DNA of 64,000 nt, from the IMG/VR virus record IMGVR_UViG_3300021400_000046, positions 32,001-96,000 of that record; one strand, given 5' to 3'. The position numbers and the translations under genes were made by a program. The notes under the pieces were generated by a model. It did not search any database. It saw nothing but the letters and a program-made list of their open reading frames with translations, and was not told the DNA's origin. This stretch comes from a virus. Taxonomy: Duplodnaviria; Caudoviricetes. Shown one piece after another: positions 49,797-59,761 of the stretch (the first letter of the stretch is position 1; every line of letters starts with the position of its first letter).

Positions 49797-50221
49797 ACGA
49801 GAATATCAATATCAGTATCTTCAAATACATCTTTTATCATTTCACGTACACTATCCCAATCTAATTTGTCAAGCCCCGAAGCTATTTTTGGCATGGCAAG
49901 TTTGTTTACGTGGAGTGTTTCGCATTGCTCACGAAGATCGAGTAGTGTGTCATAGAGATCATCATAACGCGGCTTATGATAGCATAGAGGCTTTGTGACG
50001 AGGTTAAATACGTTCCCAACAAGCAATGCTCTGCCAACATTTGCGTACCTATCTCCCGTTGGAATCGGATAGTCTCTATGCAGCCTGAACTTCATATCGA
50101 AAATATTGTTAAACTGCTTTGCAATGCCAGCTCCAAGAGCATAATCGCCGCTGATGCAATGCACTAAGTAATATCCTTGTGGAGCAAGGAATAAATCTTC
50201 TTGAACTTCTGTAAAAGTCAT
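49784..50221 (-). CDS. TARG1/OARD1-like macrodomain ADP-ribosylhydrolase
   Basis: LVHCISGDYALGAGIA, NLVTK and MPKIASGLDKLDW motifs. Confidence 0.88.
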   Translation of the reverse strand: MTFTEVQEDLFLAPQGYYLVHCISGDYALGAGIAKQFNNIFDMKFRLHRDYPIPTGDRYANVGRALLVGNVFNLVTKPLCYHKPRYDDLYDTLLDLREQCETLHVNKLAMPKIASGLDKLDWDSVREMIKDVFEDTDIDILVCYL

Positions 50222-53200
50222 TTTGTTCCTCCATTAAAAGAAAAATCTAATCCAGTAGTATAATCTGTAATCCACAATTCAAGGCTATCTGGTATCTGTT
50301 CCCATTCACCATCTTCATTTTTGCGCACCTTTGGTTTTCTACTGGTTCTGTTTATTTTTACTATTTCACCAACATTAAGATGTTGCTTATTAAATGTTCT
50401 TTTATCAATCTTGCAATCTAACACTTCTCCGCTTTTCAACGAATACATTTTTAAGCGTGGTGAGTATTTTGTGTCAACTGATACAACTACTGCAAACCCT
50501 GCATATCGTTCATCTGCAATATTGATATAGCCCAGGTGTTCAATTTGTGCTTTTACTTTTTCTTTAACTGTTCTTCGTTTGAAAGTGATTTGTTTTGAGA
50601 TTGCAGATAGAAGTGAAATACTATCAACGCCGGTAAACATTTTCTCTGTTTCTTTGTTTGCAAAAAGCCGCACGGTATCTTCGTTAATCCCAAGAGCTTC
50701 AACTTTATCCTTTTTAAGTTGCTTTTTGCCGTAAAGATCATCAAACAATACTGAAAGACGTTTTAGGTAATTTGCGTCCCCAAATTCTTCAAAGAAATCA
50801 AGATCAATTAGAATACCTAATTGGCGAGAATTGAGAGAGGTCTTATCTTTTAGATCGCAAAGTAAAGCAATAAAGTCATCGTACTGGTTATCTTTTAGCG
50901 CATACATTTCATCTGCAACAATACTGTTCATATATTTAATAGAAGAAATGCCCTTGAATATTTCTTTTGTTTCTTTGCTAAAACTATATTGAGAGATTGA
51001 ATGCCTAAACTTGATTGGTGAAATTTTTATACCAATGCTTTTTGCGTAATTGATAATTGCAAGACTTTTTTCTTCTTTGCCCTCAAAAATGTTTAGAGCC
51101 GTAGTAATAAATTCATACGGATAGTAATATCTCAAATAGCCACAAATATAACCAATCCATGAGTAAGGATCAGCATGGTTTTTAGAGAACAGATACGCAC
51201 TTGCATCTTTTATAACCTGTATAAAGTTCTCAATTAGTTTATCTGATTCATCTGGCTGCACATTATATTTTTCAAGCATTGTCTTTGTGAAGCCTTCTTT
51301 AATTTTTGGTATAAATTTTTCTGTACCTGTTTTCTTTGCAAATCCTCTACGAACAATATCAGCTTCGCCCATTGTGTAGCCACAGAACGAGTGCAAAAAT
51401 TCAATAACCTGTTCCTGATAAACAAGGTAGCCGAGTGTTGGTGACAAGAATTTGTTTAGAGCCTCATGCCCATTGTCTTGGTAAATACCTTTTGCCAACT
51501 TATCACGGTATGATTCACCGGCTGGCCTGATAGCACCATTACCGATAGAAAGCAAATCCATGTAGGATGCATTTGGGTTTTTATCTCTGATACTTTTAAT
51601 AGTCTCTGGACTAAAGAGCTGCTTTAGATACGACGTTGCGCTCTGAGATTCCCATTGGAATATCATTGTTGTATCGTTTACAATGCTATTCCAAACATCA
51701 ATATCGTCTGCCGGAATATTATCAGGTGTAGCAAATGGAATACCGGCAGCATCACAGGTTTTGTAAATAAGCCCAATGTTGTCAAGCCCAAGAATATCAA
51801 GTTTAACAAAGTTGAGTGAATCAATTTCCTTCATGTTAAGGAGCGAAACTGGATATTCGTCTGTTGCAGTTGTAAACGTACCAAACCATTCATCTACTGG
51901 AACGGGAGACACCACGCATCCGGCAGGGTGATTACCAACAGAAACAACAACACCATTTACCATATCTGCGTACTTAAATAGTTTTTTGTATTGCTTACGA
52001 ACATGATCTGGTGCTACCTGTTTACCATTGATAGTTTCAACTTGATCGCTTATTGCTCTTACTTCTGCCAAAGGAATATCTAAGGCTCTGCCTATATCTT
52101 GGATCGCCCCTTTTAGTGCAATTGTGTTGAATGTGACAATATCACAGCAAAAAAGACCTTCCTTGCCGTAGAGATAGTCTTTGACCGCTTTCCTATCCTC
52201 AGATAGCCAATCTGTATCAACGTCTGCAAGGCTCACTCTTTCACGGTTCATAAACCTGTCAAAGTTCAAATTGTACTTTACGCTATCAATTTCTGTAATA
52301 CCAAGAATATAGGCAATGATACTACCAGATACAGAACCGCGACTATAACCAAACTTGATATTTTTGCGGCGCATTTCGCTTTTATAGTTTTCTTCAAGCA
52401 ACATAAAGTCGATTGCACCATTGTGCTTATATGTATCGTATTCGTAATAGATACGATCAATATATTCTTTATAGTTCGGTTTCTTATTTATTTTGCGCCG
52501 AATAATCCCTTCATTGATTTTCTGCTTAAATACGCTTTCTGAATCAGCATATAGCTTTGGGTACTTAGGAGAATAATCAATAGTAAACGGTTCAACCATT
52601 TCTGCCATAACATTTGTATTTTCTATGGCTTCCATGACAACATCAATTGGTAATGATCGTTGTTTTTTATATGCTGTGATTAATTGATCCAGGGACTTAA
52701 ATGTTAAGTCCCACTTTTCTTCATTGGCGAAACGAACATCTTTTGCTTTCTGTAACATGGCTCTGCCATCCATGTGTTCATCATTTAGTGCGTGTGTATC
52801 AGTTCCGGTAATCAAAGGTACTCCAATCTCTTTTGATAATTCATACATCAGATGATTGTATTTGATCTGCTCGTCAACATTATGATGCTGAATTTCGAGG
52901 AAACACCTATGTTTATTTCTTACCAGAAACGATAGGAATTTTTCTTTTGCTGTATCTGTCCCGCTATTTAATACACCGCCAAGGCAAGCCGTTGTAATTA
53001 TTACATTATCAGAAGTTGCGAACAATTCATCAAATGAAACACGAGGCATATAGTAGAAATGATTATCTGTTCTGTTGAAAGATTGCGATACAAGTTTATT
53101 AATTTCTTTTACACCGTCATAGTTTCTTGCAATCAAAACACAATGGTAATTGTCGCGCTTCTTTTCAGACAAATCTTCTGTAAGATATGCCTCGACACAA

Positions 53201-53406
53201 TGAATATATTTCATCCCACAGGATTCAATATATTCTTTCTTTTTAAGCCATGCAAATAACGATCCGTGTTCACTGAAGGCAAACGCTTTCATGCCAAGCT
53301 CTTTTGCTGCGTCTACATAATCATGAAAATCTGTTATGCTATCAATGTTTGTAACGCCATTACTTAGCATGGAGTGTATATGATATGGAGTATAATTATT
53401 TACCAT
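50218..53406 (-). CDS. dnaE: DNA polymerase III alpha subunit
   Basis: PHP domain (HIHS, TDTH), SRGSVSGS, ADVDTD, KLDILGL, YQEQ and FSKNHA motifs. Confidence 0.95.
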   Translation of the reverse strand: MVNNYTPYHIHSMLSNGVTNIDSITDFHDYVDAAKELGMKAFAFSEHGSLFAWLKKKEYIESCGMKYIHCVEAYLTEDLSEKKRDNYHCVLIARNYDGVKEINKLVSQSFNRTDNHFYYMPRVSFDELFATSDNVIITTACLGGVLNSGTDTAKEKFLSFLVRNKHRCFLEIQHHNVDEQIKYNHLMYELSKEIGVPLITGTDTHALNDEHMDGRAMLQKAKDVRFANEEKWDLTFKSLDQLITAYKKQRSLPIDVVMEAIENTNVMAEMVEPFTIDYSPKYPKLYADSESVFKQKINEGIIRRKINKKPNYKEYIDRIYYEYDTYKHNGAIDFMLLEENYKSEMRRKNIKFGYSRGSVSGSIIAYILGITEIDSVKYNLNFDRFMNRERVSLADVDTDWLSEDRKAVKDYLYGKEGLFCCDIVTFNTIALKGAIQDIGRALDIPLAEVRAISDQVETINGKQVAPDHVRKQYKKLFKYADMVNGVVVSVGNHPAGCVVSPVPVDEWFGTFTTATDEYPVSLLNMKEIDSLNFVKLDILGLDNIGLIYKTCDAAGIPFATPDNIPADDIDVWNSIVNDTTMIFQWESQSATSYLKQLFSPETIKSIRDKNPNASYMDLLSIGNGAIRPAGESYRDKLAKGIYQDNGHEALNKFLSPTLGYLVYQEQVIEFLHSFCGYTMGEADIVRRGFAKKTGTEKFIPKIKEGFTKTMLEKYNVQPDESDKLIENFIQVIKDASAYLFSKNHADPYSWIGYICGYLRYYYPYEFITTALNIFEGKEEKSLAIINYAKSIGIKISPIKFRHSISQYSFSKETKEIFKGISSIKYMNSIVADEMYALKDNQYDDFIALLCDLKDKTSLNSRQLGILIDLDFFEEFGDANYLKRLSVLFDDLYGKKQLKKDKVEALGINEDTVRLFANKETEKMFTGVDSISLLSAISKQITFKRRTVKEKVKAQIEHLGYINIADERYAGFAVVVSVDTKYSPRLKMYSLKSGEVLDCKIDKRTFNKQHLNVGEIVKINRTSRKPKVRKNEDGEWEQIPDSLELWITDYTTGLDFSFNGGTK

Positions 53407-53418
53407 GAAACACGTCCT

Positions 53419-54222
53419 TTACTTCTTTTTCTTTGCATTTGCGTATTCGCAAGAATTTCTGAAATTGCATAGATTATTACAATAGAAAAAATCTTGTGAT
53501 GGCTCAAATTCTTCTTCATTTTCTATTGTTTTTAGCGTAGTTCTAAACCATTCAAGTGTCGCTTCATATTCACTTTGCACAAATGGGATTGTTGCAAAAA
53601 TACCGCCATCCTTAAAATGATTCCACGTTATTTCTTTTGGCGTTTCTCCATATAATTCTTTCACTGCATGGCAGTACAAATACATTTGCTTTTTATAGAG
53701 ATTAAAACTGTGTTCTGATTTCTTTTTCACGGTTTTACCATCTTGCTTAAATGGATATTCTGTGCTTTTGTGATCTAACACAACAATTCTGCCGTCTTTC
53801 TTATCTCTTAAAAGCAAATCTATGTAGCCTATGAAATTATAGTTATCAACCTTGAATTTGACTTCAAGTTCAACGCCAATTATCTCATAATCGTCTAACC
53901 AACTCAGATCAAGATTGTCAAAATAATCTACAACAGAATAAAATGTTTTGTCCATCGTGGCTTGTTTAACTTTATAGAAAACATTGTTATCATAGTTATC
54001 TATAAAATATTTCGTTGCATCTTCTGGCTTTATTTCGCCGGAGAATATTTTTGCAAGAATATCATGGACGAAACTACCAACTTCTGCGTAGTAGTTGTTT
54101 TCTGATAAGTAAAGATCATCGTCATTGATAACATAATCAAGGTAGTATTCATATTTACAATGAGAAAAACAGGTGGTGCGGGAGTACGACCAACGAGTTT
54201 TGTGTTCATTGTTCTGCGCCAT
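53419..54222 (-). CDS. PD-(D/E)XK RecB/Cas4-like exonuclease
   Basis: WSYS, GSFVH, GYIDLL, LDHKS, QMYLY motifs and C-terminal Cys cluster. Confidence 0.85.
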   Translation of the reverse strand: MAQNNEHKTRWSYSRTTCFSHCKYEYYLDYVINDDDLYLSENNYYAEVGSFVHDILAKIFSGEIKPEDATKYFIDNYDNNVFYKVKQATMDKTFYSVVDYFDNLDLSWLDDYEIIGVELEVKFKVDNYNFIGYIDLLLRDKKDGRIVVLDHKSTEYPFKQDGKTVKKKSEHSFNLYKKQMYLYCHAVKELYGETPKEITWNHFKDGGIFATIPFVQSEYEATLEWFRTTLKTIENEEEFEPSQDFFYCNNLCNFRNSCEYANAKKKK

Positions 54223-54224
54223 TC

Positions 54225-55232
54225 CTACACCACCTTTCTTTTATTAAGATAGAGTTCATTCCATATATCTAAACCGCAATCTGCGGGTGAGTTTTTAGCA
54301 TCTTTACCGCCAAGCAGCCCATCTTTGTCCTGGATGATATAGACATTCGTTATTCGTCTAAGGCGTTCTATATCTTCCCATACTTCTCCTTGCTTATAGT
54401 CAATATCTGAATCGTAGGCGAGTACAACGTCTACTTTTAATTTAGCCAAAAGAGAAATCTGTTCAGGTGTTAGTGTGTGCTTTTCAGCAGATGCGCAGTT
54501 TTTGTAACCCCATCCATAGGCTTTCATAACGCTCTTAATTGATTCAAATATAATGATCTCATTCTTTTCTTTTATATACGGCAATGTTATTTCCAGACCT
54601 TGAAAATAATCCATTGTACCAACTTTGTAGTAGTTCATATATTTAGCAAGTTTGAGCGCCTTATAGTTTGCGTACCTTGTTCTGCCTTTAATATTGATTA
54701 GGTTGCCGTCTATATCATAAACAGGGTAAACAATCCTATTGCCGTATGTGTCTATCCTTATTCCAAATAAATCAAGAACATCTGGTTTAATACCCTCGCT
54801 TATCCATTCTGTTGCTTTCTCTGTTTTAGAGAATTTTTCTAATTCTTTTTTGGGTATAATCTCATGTTTGACTACTTCAATCTTTGGCATTAAAGCTGTT
54901 CTCCATCGTTTCAACATGGAGATCGTTCTTGATTGACACATTTTTGACATATCAACATTTGCAAGAACAGAAGCCTTTTCAACTGCGCTATCAAAATCAA
55001 GACCCTCAAAGTCAATTAGAAAACCAATCATTCCTCCTGATCTACCACAGGAAAAACAATAGTATGAATTTTTGGCGGGAGTAAACGACAATGATGCGGT
55101 TTTATCTTGATGCAGCGGGCAATGTGCGAAATAGTCATTGCCGCGCTGTTCAAGTTCCATAGTTTGTTGGGCGTAGGCTAATAGGTCAGCGTTATCGTTG
55201 ATTTCGCGGAGCATATCATCATCATATTCCAT
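54225..55232 (-). CDS. dnaG: DNA primase
   Basis: CPLH...CFSC zinc finger; TOPRIM motifs FESIKS and AYDSD. Confidence 0.9.
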   Translation of the reverse strand: MEYDDDMLREINDNADLLAYAQQTMELEQRGNDYFAHCPLHQDKTASLSFTPAKNSYYCFSCGRSGGMIGFLIDFEGLDFDSAVEKASVLANVDMSKMCQSRTISMLKRWRTALMPKIEVVKHEIIPKKELEKFSKTEKATEWISEGIKPDVLDLFGIRIDTYGNRIVYPVYDIDGNLINIKGRTRYANYKALKLAKYMNYYKVGTMDYFQGLEITLPYIKEKNEIIIFESIKSVMKAYGWGYKNCASAEKHTLTPEQISLLAKLKVDVVLAYDSDIDYKQGEVWEDIERLRRITNVYIIQDKDGLLGGKDAKNSPADCGLDIWNELYLNKRKVV

Positions 55233-55253
55233 CCAACCGTTTGCCTCCCGTCA

Positions 55254-56594
55254 TTAGAATGTGCTATCTTTTTTGTGTTGTGCAGCCTCAACAATTGTCA
55301 TTGTGTCGCCCGAAAATACAAAGTCGATATAATCATCTTCATCGAGCATCTGTTGCCCCAATCTGTTCACATAGATTTTTGCATAAGCATTACCACAAGC
55401 CATTCCGTCATTTGCTATCATTTCTTGTGTCTTATAACCCCACTTAATGCCAACAGATAGATAACGGTTGATCTTGTCTGAGTCTGCAACCTCACCAACA
55501 CGGTTGAGCTGGCAAGCAGATAGGACGGCAAGATCAAGCTCACCGGCAATTCTATTCTTTAGGAAATCGCACTTCGCACCGAGGATATTGTAGTTATCGC
55601 TTGTGCTGGTTTCATTTGATTTGATATAGTCATAAACCACAAATGCAAGCCCCATCTTGTATTTTAGCATTTTGCAGATCGAGTAAAGTTTTTCATTTGT
55701 CATGTTTGGATCATAAATATGAACAAATGGTTGGTCTTTGATCCATTTAATACACGCTTTAATCTTTTCTGCTTCTGCATCAGTGTAGTTACCGTTTTTG
55801 ATGCGTTTAATTTCAATTCCGGTAATGTGTGAAATAAGTCTTTCTGTATAAAGCCGTGTTTGCATTTCTGTATCAATTACAAGAGTTGGTACACCATTTT
55901 TAAGTTTATGAACAACTTCATTCATAAGAAAAACAGTTTTGCCGTTTTTATATTTTGCTTGTAGAACAACTAATTCACCAGTTTCATATGAAAAGAAGTT
56001 ATTAAACAAGCTATACTTTGATGGGATGCCATATGTACCGTTATCATTTCGCCGGTCACATATTTCTTTCCAAATATCATCAATTTCTGAGCCAAGTGTA
56101 TGCACTTCGTTAGAAGAAATGTATTTTTGAGTCAATTTGTCAAGTTCGTCATATACTTCATTGCTTAACGCATCTAAACTTTTATTCTTCTTAAAGCACT
56201 TAGCGGAAATGCCGTTTAATGTTTTAATCAGATCACGCTTGAAGGCGAATGTTACAATGTTCTCTGCAAGCATGATATATTCTTCTAATGAATCTCGTGC
56301 AGTTTCTTTATATAGTTCTAAAAATTCTTGGACAGATGGGAGGTTATATTTCTCAATGGTTTTAGAAACGCCTGGGTGACTTTGGAGCTTATTTGAAATG
56401 TTATAAGCATCAATATTTGTTATGCCCTCTTTGTATAACTCTTGTATCGCCCAATAAATGCAGCCGTTTTCTACACCATAAAAATAGTTAGGATGGAGAT
56501 AATCAGTGTGTAGTATAAAATCTGGATGTTGAATCAGTGTCCCGATTACTCCGCTTTCAGATTGAATATCGGATAGTTCATTTATATCCATCAC
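55254..56594 (-). CDS. dnaB: Replicative DNA helicase
   Basis: ESGVIG N-terminus; GKT, DTEM, YDYIK, QLNR and NRLG motifs. Confidence 0.9.
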   Translation of the reverse strand: MMDINELSDIQSESGVIGTLIQHPDFILHTDYLHPNYFYGVENGCIYWAIQELYKEGITNIDAYNISNKLQSHPGVSKTIEKYNLPSVQEFLELYKETARDSLEEYIMLAENIVTFAFKRDLIKTLNGISAKCFKKNKSLDALSNEVYDELDKLTQKYISSNEVHTLGSEIDDIWKEICDRRNDNGTYGIPSKYSLFNNFFSYETGELVVLQAKYKNGKTVFLMNEVVHKLKNGVPTLVIDTEMQTRLYTERLISHITGIEIKRIKNGNYTDAEAEKIKACIKWIKDQPFVHIYDPNMTNEKLYSICKMLKYKMGLAFVVYDYIKSNETSTSDNYNILGAKCDFLKNRIAGELDLAVLSACQLNRVGEVADSDKINRYLSVGIKWGYKTQEMIANDGMACGNAYAKIYVNRLGQQMLDEDDYIDFVFSGDTMTIVEAAQHKKDSTF

Positions 56595-57103
56595 TTATCA
56601 CCTCCAAATACACTACCGAAACCAAATTTCTTTTTTGGAAGATTAAATGATGGCGTATCGTCACTATCTTTAGCAGTAAAACCATTGAGATCAATTTTGT
56701 TCTCTTTTGCTTTCTGCTTCTGGTAAGCATCCTGGATTTCTTTCTTGTTTACGAAATACTTAAAGCCGCCAGGAAACCTTAATGGCATTTTGTTTTTAAC
56801 TACATAATCAAAAACAAACACTAAATATTCGGATGAAATACCTCTTACGAGAAGATTGTTTAGCTCACGGAACAACTGACTAAAGACAACTGTTTGGTCG
56901 ATATGTAATACCCATTGATTTTTGATATACTGAAGGTCGGACTTTGTTTTTTCGTCTTTCCATTCTCCGGCTCTCTTTTTCTTCAAGCATTCCGTATGGT
57001 AATACATTGATTTGCCAACAAGGGTATAATCATCTTTTGTTATATCAATCGTCTTACATGGACACATTTCATATCTGCAAGTCTTAATGTCAGTTTTTCT
57101 CAC
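56591..57103 (-). CDS. Hypothetical replication-module protein
   Basis: Cys/His N-terminus; coupled to dnaB. Confidence 0.6.
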   Translation of the reverse strand: MRKTDIKTCRYEMCPCKTIDITKDDYTLVGKSMYYHTECLKKKRAGEWKDEKTKSDLQYIKNQWVLHIDQTVVFSQLFRELNNLLVRGISSEYLVFVFDYVVKNKMPLRFPGGFKYFVNKKEIQDAYQKQKAKENKIDLNGFTAKDSDDTPSFNLPKKKFGFGSVFGGDK

Positions 57104-57104
57104 T

Positions 57105-57722
57105 TTATTCCTCTCTTTCTAACAAATATGTTGATTCAAGATCGGATAAGTGTAATGCAAGAACAAGAGGGTATTTACGAATTGCAAGGCCAAGCGCATT
57201 CCAATTCTCTTTTGGCTCTGTAAAACCCATATGCCAACGAATCGCATATCTCTCTGCTGGTTGCAATTTGATAAATTCTTCAATCATCATTACGGACTTT
57301 TCACCATGCCCATAAGGAATTTTATCGTCTACGGTATAGCCAGGAACGGAAACCCAATCAAATCTACCGTTTGAGTCTGACTTCGCACCAGTTTCGCTAT
57401 AAACCTTCTTATTTTTGAACTCCGTAACATAGTAATAGCATTTACACAAATCATGGAGCAATGCTGCAATAATTAAGCTATCTTCTGTCAGGTTTCCAAA
57501 AGAGTCCTTCCAAACACTATCTTTTACTTTTTCTATAAGACGGTCATAAACATTAAGCGTATGTTCTAACAAGCCACCTTCATGACAAGAGTGAAACCTT
57601 GTTGAAGCCGGGGCGGTATAGAAGTCTGACTTTCTAATAAACTCAATCAGACTATCTACACCGTCACGTTTTGTACTCTTTAATAAATGTTCAAACCGTT
57701 CTACATTTTTGTTCTCTACCAT
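57105..57722 (-). CDS. HD-domain phosphohydrolase (YhaM-like)
   Basis: APASTRFH...GGLLEH, LLHDLCK, GHGEKS and RWHMG motifs. Confidence 0.85.
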   Translation of the reverse strand: MVENKNVERFEHLLKSTKRDGVDSLIEFIRKSDFYTAPASTRFHSCHEGGLLEHTLNVYDRLIEKVKDSVWKDSFGNLTEDSLIIAALLHDLCKCYYYVTEFKNKKVYSETGAKSDSNGRFDWVSVPGYTVDDKIPYGHGEKSVMMIEEFIKLQPAERYAIRWHMGFTEPKENWNALGLAIRKYPLVLALHLSDLESTYLLEREE

Positions 57723-57727
57723 GATAA

Positions 57728-58216
57728 TTAGAACGGCAGATCGTTGTCGTCATCATCTTCTTCAACTTCCTTCTTCTTTTCCTTGGAAGCCTTTGAAGCG
57801 GCTGACTTCTTCGCAGAGCCAGACGAAGCGTTGCTATCAAGCAGATCGAAGTCATAAATCACATAATTGTTATAACCCTTCTTGGTTTCTGCGTTGTAAG
57901 GAGTGGTAGCTTCACAATTCGTAATCTGAATACCTACACCCTTTTCAGAAACTTCGATGTTCTGTGCCTTGTTATGTGCTTTGCCAACAAGACGAACAAA
58001 ACCAGACTGGAAATCAGTCTCATAACCTTCGCCATCTCTGCGCTTTTTGCTCGTAGAAACCTTGGCAACGGAGTACCGCCCATTATCCTCAACACTCCAA
58101 ATTCGCGCAAAGCCGCCAACTTGATTAGACTTTAGCGCAGCTTCTAACTTGTCCTGGTCAACCTTCAGCGCAGCGGCGGCCTTTTCAAGATTATAACTAT
58201 TACTTCTAAATCCCAT
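57728..58216 (-). CDS. ssb: Single-stranded DNA-binding protein
   Basis: OB-fold-like core and acidic tail DDDDNDLPF; follows the Sak gene. Confidence 0.7.
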   Translation of the reverse strand: MGFRSNSYNLEKAAAALKVDQDKLEAALKSNQVGGFARIWSVEDNGRYSVAKVSTSKKRRDGEGYETDFQSGFVRLVGKAHNKAQNIEVSEKGVGIQITNCEATTPYNAETKKGYNNYVIYDFDLLDSNASSGSAKKSAASKASKEKKKEVEEDDDDNDLPF

Positions 58217-58223
58217 GTTTTTC

Positions 58224-58859
58224 TCACTTTCTAACAGCAAGAAGCTGTTTCCTTAACTTTTCAAGCACATCAGCATCATTGATGTTTGAAATCTTACCAG
58301 TAATAAATTCATCTTCCATATCGGGGTTTACAGACTTCTCAGCAGCTTTACAAAGCTCAATAGCCTTTCCCTTCGCCTTTTCAGACAATGCAGACTTCTT
58401 CTTCGCAAGTTCTGCAACTTCATCCTGAAGGTCAATTACTCTCGAAACCAATTCAGGGAGTTCTTCGCCCTCAAAGAGATGGAGTGACAATCCGTGCATA
58501 GCACAGGCTTTAACAAGGCAACGCTTCATACTCTTGTTAGCATCAACGCTTGTAATCTGATCTGCCGGAATAGATTTATTCTTAAAATCCATGATCGCAA
58601 GCGTTTCAACGATTTCAAGACCTTCAATAGTAACACCAACTTCAACCCAACCAGTACGGCCATCATCGTGCCAATAACGGGTGTTGCCATTTTCATCAAC
58701 TTGTGGATAAACCTTGAATGTTGCATCTGGATAAGCCTTTTTAACTTCTGCCCAAGCGGAAGCCCAAGCGAGGTATTTCAGGCCGTTCTTCTCTTTGAAC
58801 TTGTCAGATAGGTCAATCTTGCTCAATGTTTCAAAGACATTTGTTTTATTTGCGTCCAT
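58224..58859 (-). CDS. Sak3/DUF1071 single-strand annealing protein
   Basis: KNGLKYLAWASAW and NKSMKRCLVKACAMHGL motifs. Confidence 0.85.
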   Translation of the reverse strand: MDANKTNVFETLSKIDLSDKFKEKNGLKYLAWASAWAEVKKAYPDATFKVYPQVDENGNTRYWHDDGRTGWVEVGVTIEGLEIVETLAIMDFKNKSIPADQITSVDANKSMKRCLVKACAMHGLSLHLFEGEELPELVSRVIDLQDEVAELAKKKSALSEKAKGKAIELCKAAEKSVNPDMEDEFITGKISNINDADVLEKLRKQLLAVRK

Positions 58860-58869
58860 TAACTAACTC

Positions 58870-59658
58870 CTAATCATCTTCTATAATTTGGAAATGTAAA
58901 TTACCTGTATGTTTCCTTTTACCATGACATACCGCAGATATTTTACTCATACTACATCCAGTATCTATCGACGCTTCTTTAACTGTTTCATACACTTTGC
59001 CAGTATCTAAACAAATAACACGTCTTGCATTTGGATTTTGAGCGCCAGAATACCAGATTTTGTTTTTCTTCATCTTCTCTATCGCTTCTTTTGATTTTGA
59101 AGCATGATTCAATTTTTCAATATGCTCTTTTGACAGTTTCTTACCATACATAGGATTATTTTTACCAGAACAATCATAATGGTTGTCTTTCATTTTATCT
59201 TTGGTTTCCTTTGAGAAAACTCTACCTTTTAATGCTGCGCTTATTTTTATCCCGAATCCGTCTGGTTTTGGTATACCTTTTCTGCTTTCGCTCATTTTTC
59301 TTTTCGCTTCTTCTGTGTGATGTTTACCAAACCACGGGCTATCGCTACCAGAATAACCTTCGCCACCAGGAGTTACATTGTAGCCATAATCAGTATTTCT
59401 GGTTTTATATTGAGAAATCATTTCTATTTCTCTTTCTTTTGCAGTTTTTTCATCAAGATCAGAAAACAGTATTTCATGTTCAAAGTTACTCCACCCATAT
59501 TTTTTAATTGCGTTATTAAAATGTGGAGAACTCTTATATCCTTTACCGTTTCTAAACCTTTGATTTAATTCTTGGCAAGTAATCCCTATATACTTTTTGC
59601 CGTTTATCTTATTAGTATGGCAATAAACAACATATTTTTTATCTTCATTATGCTTCAT
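58870..59658 (-). CDS. GIY-YIG homing endonuclease with NUMOD3 repeats
   Basis: VYCHTNKINGKKYIGIT, NAIKKYGW and GKHHTEE motifs. Confidence 0.88.
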   Translation of the reverse strand: MKHNEDKKYVVYCHTNKINGKKYIGITCQELNQRFRNGKGYKSSPHFNNAIKKYGWSNFEHEILFSDLDEKTAKEREIEMISQYKTRNTDYGYNVTPGGEGYSGSDSPWFGKHHTEEAKRKMSESRKGIPKPDGFGIKISAALKGRVFSKETKDKMKDNHYDCSGKNNPMYGKKLSKEHIEKLNHASKSKEAIEKMKKNKIWYSGAQNPNARRVICLDTGKVYETVKEASIDTGCSMSKISAVCHGKRKHTGNLHFQIIEDD

Positions 59659-59761
59659 AATAAATCACAGCCAATGCGGTATGCCGTTAATAAACAAACA
59701 AATTAACCACCTCCAAATAATTTGGTATCTATATATCATCACTCAAAAGAGTGTAATTGTA

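Noticed and set aside
53419-54222. Cas4 of a CRISPR system
   Set aside because: No cas genes or array; context between primase and dnaE fits a phage recombination or replication nuclease
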